Source: Microbotryum violaceum
Lineage: Eukaryota
NCBI GenBank assembly: GCA_001244265.2
Contig: CDLV01000008.1
Coordinates: forward strand, 1,116,001-1,180,000
Reading direction: 5' to 3'
DNA: 64,000 nucleotides
In this document: positions 10,704 to 24,700 of the stretch, piece by piece
How the letters are laid out: each line of letters starts with the position of its first letter
Position numbering within the stretch: position 1 is the stretch's first letter
Program-made: the position numbers and the translations under genes
Notes under the pieces: generated by a model
Told to the model about the DNA's origin: nothing
Database searches by the model: none
The model's input: the letters and a program-made list of their open reading frames with translations, nothing else

Positions 10704-13700
10704 TTATGCGGAGATGTGGTCGTTCTTTTGGAGCCAGGTGCGGAGATCTTTTCGGTCCCTTCGGAGCCATGCGGCGTTGGCTCGGATCGCTTCGAGGCCC
10801 TGTGTCGACGCCGACAAAAATAACATCGGGATATTCTGCATTCTGCATGCCGCTCCCCAGCAATTGAGCAACGCACCTGATCCAAAGCCTGCTGGAAAAT
10901 ATGGGTATCTTTGCCCTCGAAAAAGTGTTCGACCTCATCCGCATCCTTGTCCGTCGTAAAGGTATTGAAAGCCTTCCCAAAGATGTAGGGAGCCTGGAAA
11001 TTCCCATCCAACCTCTTAATCAACGCATCGAAATTGCTTTTCAACAACCCCCACAGCTTTCGTTTCGCCAATGGGTTCATCGAAAGCCACGCGAAGAAGG
11101 ACGAGACATCCTGCGTCTTGACCTGCTTCGACAACACGAACTCGAGCGTTTCTTGCAACCTCTTCTCGTCCCGTGTCGAACACAGTGCCGATACGGCAGC
11201 TGAGAGTTGCACGGGGTTGGGTCGCTCGAAGATGACTTGAAGCGCTTTTGCAAATTCCTCTGCTCCACCGTGTTGGACGCAGGTGCGGAAGATGGTGAGG
11301 AAGAGGTCGGACGAGATGAGGGAACTGTCGTTTGATTCGACGAAGGGCCGAAAGCGTCTCTGAAACTCTTTGATAGTGCTGTGGATGGAAGAACCAGTCA
11401 CACCAGTCCAAGCTTCAACGTGCAGATATCGAATTCGGTCGTGATTCCTCAAAACTCACGCGGGATCCTCAATCGAAGCCATCGTGGACCAACTCAATGC
11501 CCTCAACTCGACGTCCTCCAACCTCTCCCCCTCAATAGGATCCAAACCCAATCTCTTCGCCACCTTGGCAAACCACCGCTTCTTCAACTTGGCCAATCCC
11601 TCCAAAACGCTCTCATCCTCTTCCCACCACACACTCGAGATCGCGCTCAAAGCGGAGGAGATTTCAGAAAAGACGAGGTACTCCTTCTCCGTCGGTGCGA
11701 TGAGGTTGGCGAGCGCTAGGAAGGAGGACGATTCCGAGTAGCCTGAAGAGGCAAGCACGGAAGCGTCTTGGATCAAGCCCATTCGATCAGTCAGGGAAAG
11801 GGACGAATCGGGTCGGATGGCTTCTTCGCCGAGGCGCTCGAGACGAGAGGCGGGGTATAGAACACGATCTGTTCAAAGTCAGTCTTCGCGATTCCGAGCG
11901 CCCGTCAGTCGAAAAGGTGCACTCACAAACACCGCAAGATTCGGCATTGAGCTTGTAAATCTTCTTCTCGATATCAGGCAAGGCAATCTCCATCTCGCGA
12001 TCCGAGAAGAGAAGAGTTCGGTTGACTTTGCGTTCGCCAGTCCTGGGATCCACGGTCAACAATTGTAGAGGGATGTGCCACAGTGTCTTATCCTTCTCGG
12101 CCTATGACCGGCAGAGGAGTAATTTGTCAATATTAGATGTGCGGGGGTATCGCGTCGCTTACAGTAGCATCTCCAGAGCTGAGGAACCGGTGCTGGGTCA
12201 ACTTGAGCCCTTTGACGCTTTCTTCGACTTCCACGTAAGGGAAGCCAATCTGTAGTCCAAACCCCTGTAAGCTAGTGGCTCGAGATGAAATCCTCTAGCA
12301 CCATTGTGACGGACCTTGTTGACCCAATTATCCATGACCTTGGCCACATCCTCGCCCGAGCTCTTCGCAATCCCTTCCCATAAATCTATCGTCTTCGTGT
12401 TCCCCCACAGATGCTTCTTGAGATAGATCGTCACCCCTTCTATGAATTTATCCTCGCCAATCCACTGACACAACTGCTTCAAGACGCTTGCTCCTTTAGA
12501 ATAACTGATACCATCAAAAGCTTGCGAGATGGCAGCTTCGTCGGGGACTCGGACTTCGATGGGGTGCGAAGAGCGCAGGGCGTCGAGTTTGATGGGCGGC
12601 CGAGGTGTTCGGATACGAAGGAGGCTTGGACGTTCCAAGTAGGTTCGAGACGGTCTATCATGAGACATTCTCCCATAAGTGTGGCGAACGCCTCGTTGAG
12701 GTAGAGGCCGGACCACCCTGGTAAATCCAGTTCTCAAGCGGATCAGCTCAGGAAGGCCACGGTCGCATCAAAGACTCACAGTCCATCGATACCATGTCAC
12801 CGAACCAAGTATGACTGATCTCGTGCGACGTGATGGAAACGACACCCTTTCTCACCGCGACCGAACTTCCTTTGGAATCATCAAAGGTATACGCCGAGGT
12901 GCGGCCCATCTGGAGACCGAGGTTCTCCATCGCTCCGAGATCAAAGTCGTTGACGACCAGAGTGTCGAGTTTGAGGAGCGGGAACGGGATGTCAAACACT
13001 TGCTCGTATCTACAGTACAAAGAGTGATGAGTACCTTATTCCGTCAGATTCTGAGTGAGCTGGGCAATACCCACTTGGGCACCAATCTCCTCGTCGTTTC
13101 AAGCGCCAACAGCGTCTTGTCAATCTGATCCCACGTCGCATAGAACCTCAAAATCACATCTCTCGTCCTGCCATCCATTCCGACCGAAGTGAAGTGATCC
13201 TCGCGGTACTCGAATTGACCGTTCGCGAAAGCGACAAGGTAAGACGACAGCAAAGGGGTCGGGTGGAAATGCATGATGTGCCAATCTTTTGCTTTCGAAA
13301 CAACGATCCAATCCGTCTCAACAATCGATTGATCGGTCTCGCTCGGAGCCTTGGAAACCCCGAGCGCACCCTTGGCCTGATCGAATTCGATGTTGCCGGT
13401 GGAATCTTGGTCGGTAGCCTTTGCGTCAAAGTAAAAGTCGTCATCAAGTAGTTCATCGCTGGGAAAGCGTCGGCGATCTTGCATGATTTCAACATGGTCG
13501 ACATGCATGTTGGAAAGGGAGGTCGTGCCGACCCTGGAGATCATCGACAACTGCCAGATGGCTTTGAAGTGGGGTTCATCAAAGCAAGGCTGCGGGAAGT
13601 AAGGGTGCTATCAGCTCGGCGCGGTCAAAGCGCAAACGGCGAGCGGTATGGCTCACGAAAGCTCTTCTTGCCGATGTTGGTTGGAACTGGGTACAGGCAA

Positions 13701-14379
13701 AGACATGGGTCTGCCCCTCCTCGCCGCCCTTGCGCGGGTAAGTCGAGGTGTAGTATCTGCTTTCCGGACCAGATTGCGACGGTTGCACCGCATATCTCAG
13801 ACCGTCAGCGTGGTGACGATCGGCCCCTGCTTCAAGTGTCGCAGAAGAACCAGATACGGACCCTTTCATGGACCCATTGAGCTCGCCATGCCACCTCAAC
13901 GCCATCTTGTACTCGGCTGGTTCAATCTTGCCACCATGGAAGAACAATTTGGCCTTTTCTCCGTCGTACTCGACATGGTCTGACCACCGCTTGGGGGCGT
14001 GGCTTTCTTGGGCGAGAGCCGATCCGGTCGAGAAGAGGAACGCGTTGGATTCGTGGAAGACCAAGGGTGATGCGGCGTGGAGGGTGATGCATTCGACTGG
14101 TTCATGTACGGTCAAGGTGGTGATGGAAGCCCCTTTATAGAGCAGAGCCTCCAAGTCGGTGAGTAAGCGGATCGAGTAGTGCGATGGCCTGCACGTGGGG
14201 TCGCAGACGGCGGCAGATGCAGTGGGACCATAGTGGGGCTTGGTGGTACTTCAGTGTGGGCGTGGGTGGGGTACGGCATGCCGAAGCGAGTACCTGGCGA
14301 TCACCGGAGCGATCTTGTGCACTCACGACACCGAACTGGGCAGGCGATTCGAGTCATCAAAACGATTTCCCTCGACCAT
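10704..14379 (-). CDS. M1 family (Ape2/puromycin-sensitive-like) zinc aminopeptidase, with one apparent frameshift near 12594
   Basis: Start MVEGNRFDDSNRLPSSVS|PSHYSIRL; TQFQPTSARRAF; GAMEN; HEISHTWFG...LYLNEAFA (HEXXH-X18-E); FDGISYSKGASVL; ERAP1-like C-terminal domain. Stop TAA at 10704-10706. Confidence 0.93.
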
Positions 14380-15516
14380 AATAGCACGTGTATCCAGGCA
14401 GGTGGTCCGGATCTTGCACAGAGAGACGGACGGGGGGAGAAAACGCCAGAGGCGTGACAGAGACGGCCGAGTAGGGTCCACACCGCAGGGGCCGGTGCTC
14501 GGAGCTCTAATTCCCAGTTGGGCACCATTACCAGCCATTATTACCAGTCAGGACTGAAACTCTGAGAGCGGCGCTTACCTCGCCGTGTGCTCGCTTGGCG
14601 CGATCGCTTCTTGGCTCCGCTCCGCACCGAATCGCGACCCAACTGGTGAGTCCCCGCGCCGTTTCCTGCCTCGGGAGCTACAAATACGACACCCACCCAC
14701 CCACTTCCTCGACCCAATCCGAACAACCAACGCACGATGATGATTGTAAAGCACTGGGTTCCGAATCGAGCTGCGGGCAATTCAAAAGGGTGCGAGTGTA
14801 TTCTACCTCGTGTCCTACCCGCACTCTTCTTGAGCGACAAGCTTTTAGCGGCCTAGAAAACCGTGTTAGCCGAGTGCACACCATACCCAATCTCTACAAC
14901 AACGAACTCATGAAGTGGTACACGTGTGCTGACGCTTTTCGCTGCCCCCCCCCCCCCCTTTTTTTTTCTTGGCTGCGCGTGCTGGCGACCGGATGTGATC
15001 AGTGCTGGACGGACCACCCCTTTCGAACACCTAGTACTCTTTTACTCGTTCTCGTCGCAAAAGTTTTCCAGTGGTGTTTGCTTTAGTAGCGAGTTGTCTT
15101 GAGCGTCTGAGCGCTCGATTCCTTCTTTCGAGCTGAGCTTCACGGCGAAACTGGCCTGCGTGGAGAGTGTGAAATGGGGACGGGACATGCAATACGTCCT
15201 TTACTGTGGCCACACTCTGGCATCGTCGTGTGTCCCCACGCTGATACTCTACCGAGCGCTATATTTAGCCGGATGGGCTTGGCAGACTGTGCTGTGATTG
15301 GTGTTGCATGCTGTGTGCCACCGGAAGAACATCAGAATTTGCCGATGTCCGTCTTGAACGGTCGACGCGACGTGCGCGACTGATGACGATATTGCGCTCG
15401 GATGCGCCCCACGACATTCCTGCGTGCACAACGCTGGCCCCTCACTAGCCTCCCACTAGCCTCACTCGCATTGGCCAGTGCAGGACCTCGTGCCAAGCCA
15501 GCGCGTGCTGGGCAGC

Positions 15517-18394
15517 ATGGTATCGTCACCGGACATCTCCGCTAAGGAGCCAGCCTATCGGGGCGATGACAGCACGAACACGAACGACCACGAGCAACCC
15601 TCGGCGGCGACGCTCCTGTCGCAATGGCACAGCTTCTTCAGTGACCCCTTTCTGTCACCGCACACGCTCAAACAGTCCTCGCTCTCGGGGAAAATCACCA
15701 CCCTGAGGTCGCTGCATTGGAGGGTCAGTTCGTCTTGGCTCGGTTGGTCTCTACCCTCTCCAGCCTCCCCCCACTTCGGAGGAGCCGTAGCTGACTCTGC
15801 TGTAATTCTCACCCCACACCGTACCACGCAATAGTACTTGTTCTTCCTCTTGCCAACACCGACACCGTTGGGCCCTTCCTCGATCCCAAGCTCGACATGG
15901 ACCTCGTATGAACGCATGCTGCAACATGCCCGCTCAGAGTACAGCTCCCTGCGCTCGACCCACCTCCGTTCGCCCGACGGCAAATGGTGCTCCGACTACC
16001 TCTCCCTTGCCTCGATCGAATCACCTAAACCACCCGTACCACCCAAGTTCACCGCCAATGGTCATTCCTCCGTTGCTTCGGGTCGCATGACCAAGGTCCA
16101 GGTCGACCAGAACAACCCGCTCGCGATCGACGAAGGGAACCCCTGGACGAGCTGGTTCGAGGACCTCGAGCTGAGGAGAGTCATCCGTCAAGACGTGTCA
16201 AGGACGTGAGTCGTCCGGTCCAATGCTTCCGTCCTGATAGATCTTATCCTCCTGCTCCCCCGTGCTGACCCCGCCTCTGCATGATGTAGCTTTCCCGAGA
16301 TTCCCTACTTTCATTCGTCTCAAGTTCAAGATCAGATAACCGATCTCTTGTTCATCTTTGTCAAGTCGTTCGCATCCGACACGGGCTACCGGCAAGGCAT
16401 GCACGAACTCGTCGCACTCGTACTGTGGGTCGTCGACTGTGATGCCCTGCCCCCACTTGCCTCGCGCGATGGGAAATCTGAACGCCCACATGATTCGGAA
16501 GGGCTGGCGCGTCTCGTGTTGAGTCGAGATCATATCGAACACGATGTGTGGTCCTTGTTCACAACCTTGATGAAATCTGCCAAGTCGTTCTATGACCCCA
16601 CACCTTCGGTATCCCTACCTGCAGCGGCGAGCAAGACGCCGTCTCCGGCAACTGCAGCCGCATCGACCGTGATGGTCCAGCCTATCGTTGCGACGTCGAT
16701 GAGGATTCACGACTCTCTGCTCGCGACAATCGACCCGGAACTGCATGCCAAGTTGGATCGACTCGGTATTGAGCCCCAGTTGTACACGATCAGGTGGTTG
16801 AGGCTGTTGTTCACGAGGGAATTCCCTGTCGAAGAAGCTTTGCTCGTGTGGGATGGCATATTCGCTGAAGATCCGAATGTGAGCCGTTCGGACTGACACT
16901 TGACCGCTGCACCCGAGCTTATCTCCTTCTCAATATTTTCTTCAAAAGCTCCGGGTGACCGAATTCATTTGCCTCGCGATGCTTATGCGCATCCGCTCCG
17001 CCCTCCTCATGGCCGACTACTCAGGCTGTCTCTCCCTCCTCCTCCGCTATCCTCGCCCAACCTCCTCACCCGATTCGCATCAAGTGACATATCTCATCTC
17101 TCAAGCTCTACTACTCCGCGATTCCCTCTCACCTTCGACGGCCCAGATGATCCTTCGCGTCAACGAGCAATACGGCTTACAAGCTGGTGATTCAGGCCTG
17201 CTGAGACTGGAACGGGGGGAAGATGATTTACCTAGAAACGGGGGCCCAGGAAGAGGTGTGAACAATGGTGCTTTGGCCGGGAAAGGGTTGGTCGGTGATC
17301 TGGCCAAGGGGGTATATGGACGCGCAGAAGCGCTGGGTTGGACAGGAGCTCTGCAGGGGGGGTTGGCCACGATAAATGATTTAGTCAGCGTGGGTCTTTT
17401 ATTCGTGTTTTCTTGACCCCTCCTTTGGAGCTGACACAAATGTCCTTCATCACTTCAGCGTGGTATGACGGCTCAACTGGCGGCGAGGCCCCTTGCTCGG
17501 GATCCGTTATCCAGGATACCCGACCGCGCGCCTTGGGAGGTCGTGCAACAGCCGCATCATCAACCGCCAGAAACAACGCGGCCTTTGCCTCCCGCTCCTT
17601 CGTCCCCATCTCTGTCAATCTCGAAGAGCCTTAGGCTGTCCAGGGCGATCGACGCGTGTGTATCCGCACTCCAGGCTAGCGCTACCGATGGGTCGTCTCA
17701 TTCAACCAGGGATATTATGGACGTGTTGAAACACGTCCGAGATGTTCTGGGCTCCAATGGTTCCGTTCTCGTCGATGAGAGCATCTTGGGCCGAATCAGC
17801 GCGATCACCATGAAAATGCCCAAGTCTCCACTCGTCGACAACAACGGGGTCCAGCGCCCATCGATCAGTTCGGCGTCGGCTACTTCGACAAGCATCACCG
17901 AAACATCGTCATCGAGTGCACTGGTGACTCCACCAAGTATGCATCCTTCTTCTCCTGGAGTAGCGCTAGCGAGTCGTGATACATCGTCAACCCCTTCACC
18001 CAAATTGGGGCCGGCGTTCGTCGAGACCAAGCACGCCTCTTCGTGTCTGGCCCATTCCACCGTCCCCTCTTCACCACTATCCGCTACACCCTCGATACAA
18101 CGCAAGTCGTCACCCGTCCCACAACCGCACACTCAAAAATCGCTTGGCCTCGGAGCGAACGCCCGCGCCGCACCACTCCCTCTCACCGGTTTCTCGACTC
18201 GAGCTTCGGGGATGACATTCGGTCTTGCGGACAGAGGTTCAGGGACGGGGGATGGGATCGGACTGGAATTGATGGGCCGTACTTCGCCTTCGTCTCCTCC
18301 TTCGATGGGAGGTGGAAAGAGGTCTTCAACGTTGGATACGGTGAGAGATCCATTGGGGGCTGTGGGTGTTGAAGGGGTTTGGAGGTTAGTGTGA
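15517..18394 (+). CDS. Rab-GAP TBC-domain protein, TBC1D5-like
   Basis: LRSLHWR; NNPL..DEGNPWTSWFEDLELRRVIRQDVSRT|FP; GYRQGMHELVA; IEPQLYTIRWLRLLFTREF; S/P-rich tail ending in a DPLG motif. Confidence 0.9.
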
Positions 18395-19305
18395 GATGTG
18401 ATTGAATGCGCTTGTTGTGGCTTGGTATATGATGCGTGTGATAAATATAGATTGATTCAATCTGTATTGTTCCACGTAAGACTCACGGCCATCAGACGAC
18501 TTGAGGTGAGGAGGACCAGAACGCTTGGCAACTAAAGTCCCGAGGCAATCGTCGTCGCGTGGCGAACGTGGTAGGTGGCTCCTGAGTCGAACGACGGTCG
18601 CGCGTTTCCTCTATCCGTTCTAGGTCTGGCGCAACTCGAGAGGTCCCCCACAACTTAACAGCCAAGAAGCCCAGACAAACTATCTATAGCTCAAGCAAAA
18701 GTATCCACGACTATAGGAGCGACACGTCTGATGCGACGTCGAGGGCTTCAAGCGATTCGGGGTCGGACAGACACCCCGCTCGACGTCGTGGTGCTTCCTC
18801 GACCAAGAATCGCCGCGCTGCAGAGGACCCAGCCGTGCAGACCAAGAAGTTGGCTCATTGAGCGACTGCAACGCTCGCGCCCGCTACGGTTGGTGAGAAC
18901 ACTTTGGGCTCGATTTAAGCCCGAGAAATTGATGAAGTTCGTATCGAGGAAGTCCAGCTAACTTCTTGGGCTGACCGCGACGTGGATTTGTCTGCATCGG
19001 CTTCCCTTATAATGAACACATTCGGAAAACACCCGAGTTTACTAATTCAGTGATAGGTCGCAGCTGGGAGGTGAACACTTAGTTCATCTAGACCTGCGAC
19101 AGGCGGGGGCTTGGTACGTAAGGCCATTACTAATGATGACGCATCTCGTGCCCCACACTCGCCCCACCTCGCGCTCGATCGGATCGACACGGAAGCGATC
19201 CGTCATTACCACTGATTGACCCCGAATTCGCGCAATCCTTCTCTCTTGACTTCTTCCCATTCACTTGATCACCACGTTTCACAACCTACTTCCTATCTAC
19301 ACAAG

Positions 19306-20017
19306 ATGCCTCACACCGGCTCCTGCCTCTGCGGCTCCGTCCAAATCAAGATCGCGTAGGTCCTGCTGACTTCGGGCCCGCATTAATTAAGTGTGAGCTC
19401 GCAGTCTCTGATCGGCCCCACATCGTCCGATTTCGTGTCCACTGCAGGTCGAGCCACAAATCTCAGATCGCTTGCCACTGCAACGACTGCCAAATCACCT
19501 CGGGCTCCGCTCACTCCACCAACATCCTGGCCAAGCAATCAGGTCAGTTCAGAGTTTGAGTATCACACTCGGGCAATCTCGGCCCCAATGGTGGATGTTG
19601 TCGAGTGCAGCTATTTGAACCGAAACTGATCTCGTGAACTTTTCTTTCCTCTTTGACAAGATGTTGAGTTCAAGGGCGATTCGGTCAAGAACTACGACAG
19701 CAAGGCGGCTTCGGGCAACACCGTAACCCGGGTCTTTTGCGGAAATTGCGGATCAGCTCTCGGTAAGTTCGATCGGCGCTTCACAGTTTCTCCCCGCCGT
19801 GGAGAATATGACCTTGGGACGGGGATTAACATCCGCTGACCCTCATTCTACCGATGTTGCAGCTCACAAGTCGAAGGCTTTCGGTGACTCCATGGCCGTA
19901 CAGACCGGTACATTGCCCGACTTCCGCAAGATCCCGTTCGAAGCCGAACTCTTCACCAAGGACCGCTGGACTGGCCTTCAGGCCATCAACGACGCAGCGC
20001 AGAAGGAAACTATGTAG
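19306..20017 (+). CDS. GFA / CENP-V / Mss4-like zinc protein (4 exons)
   Basis: Spliced product MPHTGSCLCGSVQIKI...CHCNDCQITSGSAHS...YDSKAASGNTVTRVFCGNCGSAL...ELFTKDRWTGL. The CxCG, CHCxxC and FCxxCGS motifs are intact. Confidence 0.93.
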
Positions 20018-20969
20018 CAGTAGACCACAATTTGGATGAATGGAATGCATAGTCTCCTATGCGTTTGCTTGTCCGTTACGGCATCTTCTCGAGGCTCCTC
20101 TGTCACGGTCAAGGTTACGATTTCATCAAGAATGGAGCAACTAAGTCACCCTCTGGAGAAGTGGCGCCGACTGCCACTGATATCCCACGAGGAACACAAG
20201 AAACATACAAAAAAACAGACATACACGCTCGGCGACTATCATCAATTGAGACGTGCAGGACGGCCCTGCGATGCCGAATCTTCAGGTCTTTCGCCCGTGA
20301 TAGCCCCAGTGGCGAAGGAAACTCATCAAGCTACCGGGAAACTCTGCCCTAGGCTTCTCAAAGCAGACTTACATGCCCAAATGACTCATCGAACCGGTGT
20401 GATGTGATTACAGACGATGGGTGATCTGAGTGAGGAGCGATTGTGATGCCATCATTAGTCGATTCGCGGCGGCAAGCTCTCATAACGTGTGCTATACCCG
20501 CTCGGTTCCGTGCCAGGTCTCCGCCGATGCTGGACTTTCACACGCTGCTCTTCATACGTCTCTGTCTCGCTCGGCACTGTCGACGCACACCGCAAGCCAC
20601 GACCTCGGGAAATTTTCGCACTCCGTCCAAGGGCGCAAAGTCTGAACGAAGCGGGGCTGGTAGCCGACGGCGGCACTTCTGGATTTAAGGCGGAAGATGA
20701 GGGTCTTGAGTCGATTATCGTAAAGATCCGTGGATAAGGTTCACGTGATGTCGACAGAGATGGGATGTGGGGCCCGGAGAGAAGTCGTCGATTGCTTGGG
20801 ACCCATGTAGGCATTTACTAAAGGCGTAGCGCAAGCACAACGCCGTCGGAGTCCGGACTGTCACTCATGACCGCGCACTTCTGCGAGGCTTCTTCCCTTC
20901 CTTCGCAACCAAAAGTCCGTCCTTTTGTCTCCCGATTGTTTTTCCCCACCTAGTTACTACCCTTTCAAG

Positions 20970-21700
20970 ATGCTCACACCGGTATCTGCCTCTGCGACCA
21001 ATCACGATTGCGTGAGCAATGTCAGCGGAATCTTGGGGACTTTTTGTGTTCTCCATTTCTGACCGTTCCCGTATCTTCCTTGATCCTCACTCTTGCAGCT
21101 CGACTGCGAATATCAGATTTTATGCCACTGCATCGACTGCTAAGCCATCTCCGGGTCGGCTCACACAACCAACTTCTCAGCTAAACAATCAGGTCAGTGG
21201 AAAGTAGAGCATCAGGTCCGATGTGCGAACTGGGCTGCAGTCATCTCCGACAAACTCACCCCCCGAAATTTGCCCACTGCACCAACTTGTGCAGCTTATT
21301 TGCGACGCACTGCTCAGAAAAAGGAAATCAGAGCTGATTTCATTGCGAGTCGTCATCTGTCAGTGGCAGACGTCGAGCGCAAGGGAGATTCCGTCAAGAT
21401 CTACGACGGCAAGGTCGCTTCGGGCAACTTTGCGACCCAAGTGTTCTGCTCTCTTGGTAGGTCCGAGCGGAGCTTCGCATTCAATGACTTTCGCCGATGC
21501 ATCCGACCGGGGACGAAATGACTTGTCTGTTCTACTCACAATGTAGCGCACGAGGGGGGTAGGTTTCGGAGACCGCATGGCCGTGCCGACCGGTACTTCG
21601 CCCGACCTCCGCAAGATCCCTTTCAAAGCCGAGATGTGGTGCCTAAACGGATGGAGCGTTATTCCCGCCATCGCCTACACCAAACAATACGATAATAGAA
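20970..21700 (+). pseudogene. Pseudogenised tandem duplicate of the GFA gene
   Basis: Same 4-exon layout and clear nucleotide similarity. Deletions in exon 1, CHCIDC followed by TAA in exon 2, and the CGNCGS motif largely deleted in exon 3. The 3' end is approximate. Confidence 0.88.
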
Positions 21701-21777
21701 GATTACAGTCTCATCTATATATGCCTGTGCTCTACAAATTGTCGAAATTTTGCCCGTGCTCGCTCGGTCACGGACAT

Positions 21778-24700
21778 TCACATCGGCGTAAAGCCCCCCG
21801 AGCGTAGTAGCCAATCGTGGGGCATGGCAAGAGGATCAAAGTACTGATTGGTGAGAGTCGAGTCACCGACCAGTGTCGGATCGAAAGTTGGGAACGTATT
21901 CCACGAGATCGCGTCGAACGGGTTAAGCAAGTTGGCATCGGCTTGCGTGGGCGTCGCGCCAGGGATCAATGAAGTCGGCTGCGCCGCCGAGGGCGTCAGA
22001 TCAGTGGCGCGCAGATTGTCGCTCATCAGCATCGGGTCGTACGGATTGGTGATCGAAGAAGAGGGCGCCCCGAAGCTCGACGAAGGGAGCCACAGAGTAG
22101 GCCGCGCAATCTGGAATGTCGGCAGGGATGTTGAGGCGTCGGTGGCCTGGGGCTGCGGGTACAAGGGCGCGAAAGCGTCATTCGGCGCGGCCGAGGGCGC
22201 ATCCGGATGCGTTGCAGTGACAGTGTCTTGGGCGTTCTTAAGCTGGCTATTATCGAGCGCGGACGTGAACCCTCCGAGTGTAGGATGAACCGGCCCTCCA
22301 GATCGCTCTGCATCTGGTTCCGTCGGTTGAGCCGATGAGACAGCGGGCTGCGTCTCCCTCGTCGGCAGAGTCGTGCCGGATGTACTCGCCACTGTGGCTG
22401 GGGGCGTACTGCCCGGTGTACCCGTCTCGAGATAAGCGATGAGGTTCGGGTAGGTTGCGACAGCGGTTTCTATCAGACGCCGCATGTACGTCATGGCAAT
22501 GTGAGCGAGAAGGGTGTGCTTAGACAGCTTTTGGAACATGTGCGTAAAGATGCGGGTGTCGCGCAAAGTGGATGGCACCGGAGATGCACCCGAGGCTCCT
22601 TGTCGGAACATGAAAGTGAGGACTGTGAGAAACGCCACACCCATCTAAGAGCGGAAAAGGAACCACGAAGTCAGTTTGACAATCCAGCTACGCGCTGGCT
22701 CACATCTAATGAAGACATACCTTTTGCACAACCGTCCAGAACAAGTCGTCTATCCGTCCTGCTTGCAGCATCCAATTATTGATGTAGGCAATCGACGAGG
22801 TTGCGTGCGCGCAAATGTCGAGTGCTCGAAGGGGGATGAGGACCGAACGACTGGGGGCGACGAAGTCGCGGAAAATACGAATCTGCAGCTCGTAGTACGA
22901 AATGTAGAGGATCGCTGAGGCCGTCAAGAACTTGGGCTTGAGTTTTTCGCCGTTCCTGCCAAACAATCAGGGTGCCAATCTCAGCTCACGTCTTGTTGGG
23001 CCTCGTTGGTAACCATGTTACTCCACTGACCATCTCAAATGGGTGGGGACCGCGCATGCCCAGTCATTCATCTGCTGATCCAGATCAGTCACAAGGGCCG
23101 TACAAGCCTCTGCCGTCGTCGGCCGGTGAATACCATAGAGCGTGTTGAACATTTTCCCAAAGATCCGTGAGAGACGAGACATGCACTCGATAAGTGCGAC
23201 AACCGAGGGATCCCGAGTTGCTGGAGGAGTGCTCTTGGGTCCTCGCAGATTGTAGTCGTCCAGATCAACGTCCGAGATATCGAGAGGATAGTCAAGATCG
23301 ATATCGCCGTCGATGATGGACGTTGGTCGACCCAAATTCGTAGAGATGGCCCGGTCCAGCGAGTAGAGCGTGTGAAAGGCCCTCTTGCGCAGCTGATCCT
23401 CGAGCGGTGAGCTCGTCCATCGCGTTCGAGTCTCTCGATGACATCCGACGTCCACTGCTTTTTGCAGCGCATTACCTATGGAACTCCACACGGGAACGAG
23501 AGTCATGGACCCCATTTGGTAAAAGATGCCAAGGACGGAGGCTTGAATATCGAACAGTGTCGCGGGGATCACCGCAGCGACCGAACTGAAATCTTCGCCC
23601 ACCGCAGCACGATACCAATTCAAGCCCTTGCAGATGCAGGGCTCAGAATTCTTCCCGGAAGAATCGGACGTGTTGGCGATGATCTTATCGATTCGCCGAT
23701 CCTCGACCCATCGCGATCCGAGCGCACAAATCATGAATACTGCGCGGGGGACGGGAAGATGCCATTAGGGTTAGAACAAACGTTGAAGTGTGGATTGGAT
23801 TGAAAGTGGGATTACATGCTCACCGAGACCACGAAACGACTTATTCGACAAGTGCATGTTGGCGTTGAGAGCGCGTTCAAACGAAGGGCGGTGCAAGATA
23901 GGCAGTTGGCGATCGTTGAACTCGGTAAAGTAGGCATCGATCAATTTGCGCAACAGATCCGGAGGCGGGAGCGTATTCGGCGGCTTTGACCCGTTCAGGT
24001 AGTCGAGCTCGAGCAATTCACCAACGAGCGAAGGCGGTTCGTCGGGATCGATGATAGGTGCAGGTGCCCGCATATCGCGCACGAGCTTCTGGAGAAAGAA
24101 GGGACTCGATCCACGTCCAACGTAGTGAACCTGTGGTTCGAAAAGAGACACGTCTCTTTTCGATCAGCGCTCGAGATCTACGCTCTCAACGGCTTCGACT
24201 AAAACCCACTCGATTTAACGCAATATCGTCTTCGAGTGAGTCCCAAGCCCCTCCTCGGTTCCGGATGGCGTGTGACGTTGTTGACGATGACGAAGGCGTG
24301 CCAGCCGGCGACAGCGACTTAATGCGCTCGGCGCGGATCTGCCGCGCGAGATGCTCGATCTCGATCCCTTGCTGGGTCCATAGCACGTCATGATCGTGAT
24401 TTTCGATGAGCTCGTCGAGCATCTTGATCAGATTGACGCCGCTGTCGCTGGTGAGCTCCTGAATACGGCTGGTGACGGACTTGATGCGCGCCTCGAGCAA
24501 CTCGGCCGGGTCTGCAAGGGGCACGCCGCGCTTGATCGGCTCGTACGTGCACGGGACATTGTTCGAGGAGCAGTACGAGCACGGCGCCGATCCTGGTGGT
24601 GAAGTCCCAAGTTGCAAGTGAGCTCGTCGGCTAGGCCTCGGATCACGTCATGACCGCGTCGAGAAAGCTTAGGACTGACCATCATCTGTGTAAGAAGGTA

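Noticed and set aside
13280..13480. Acidic insertion in the aminopeptidase N-terminal domain
   Set aside because: It lies in a variable loop position, and comparable inserts are common in basidiomycete M1 peptidases.
24150..24200. Apparent stop or frameshift in the Zn2Cys6 gene
   Set aside because: Resolved by the 79-nt intron at 24131-24209.
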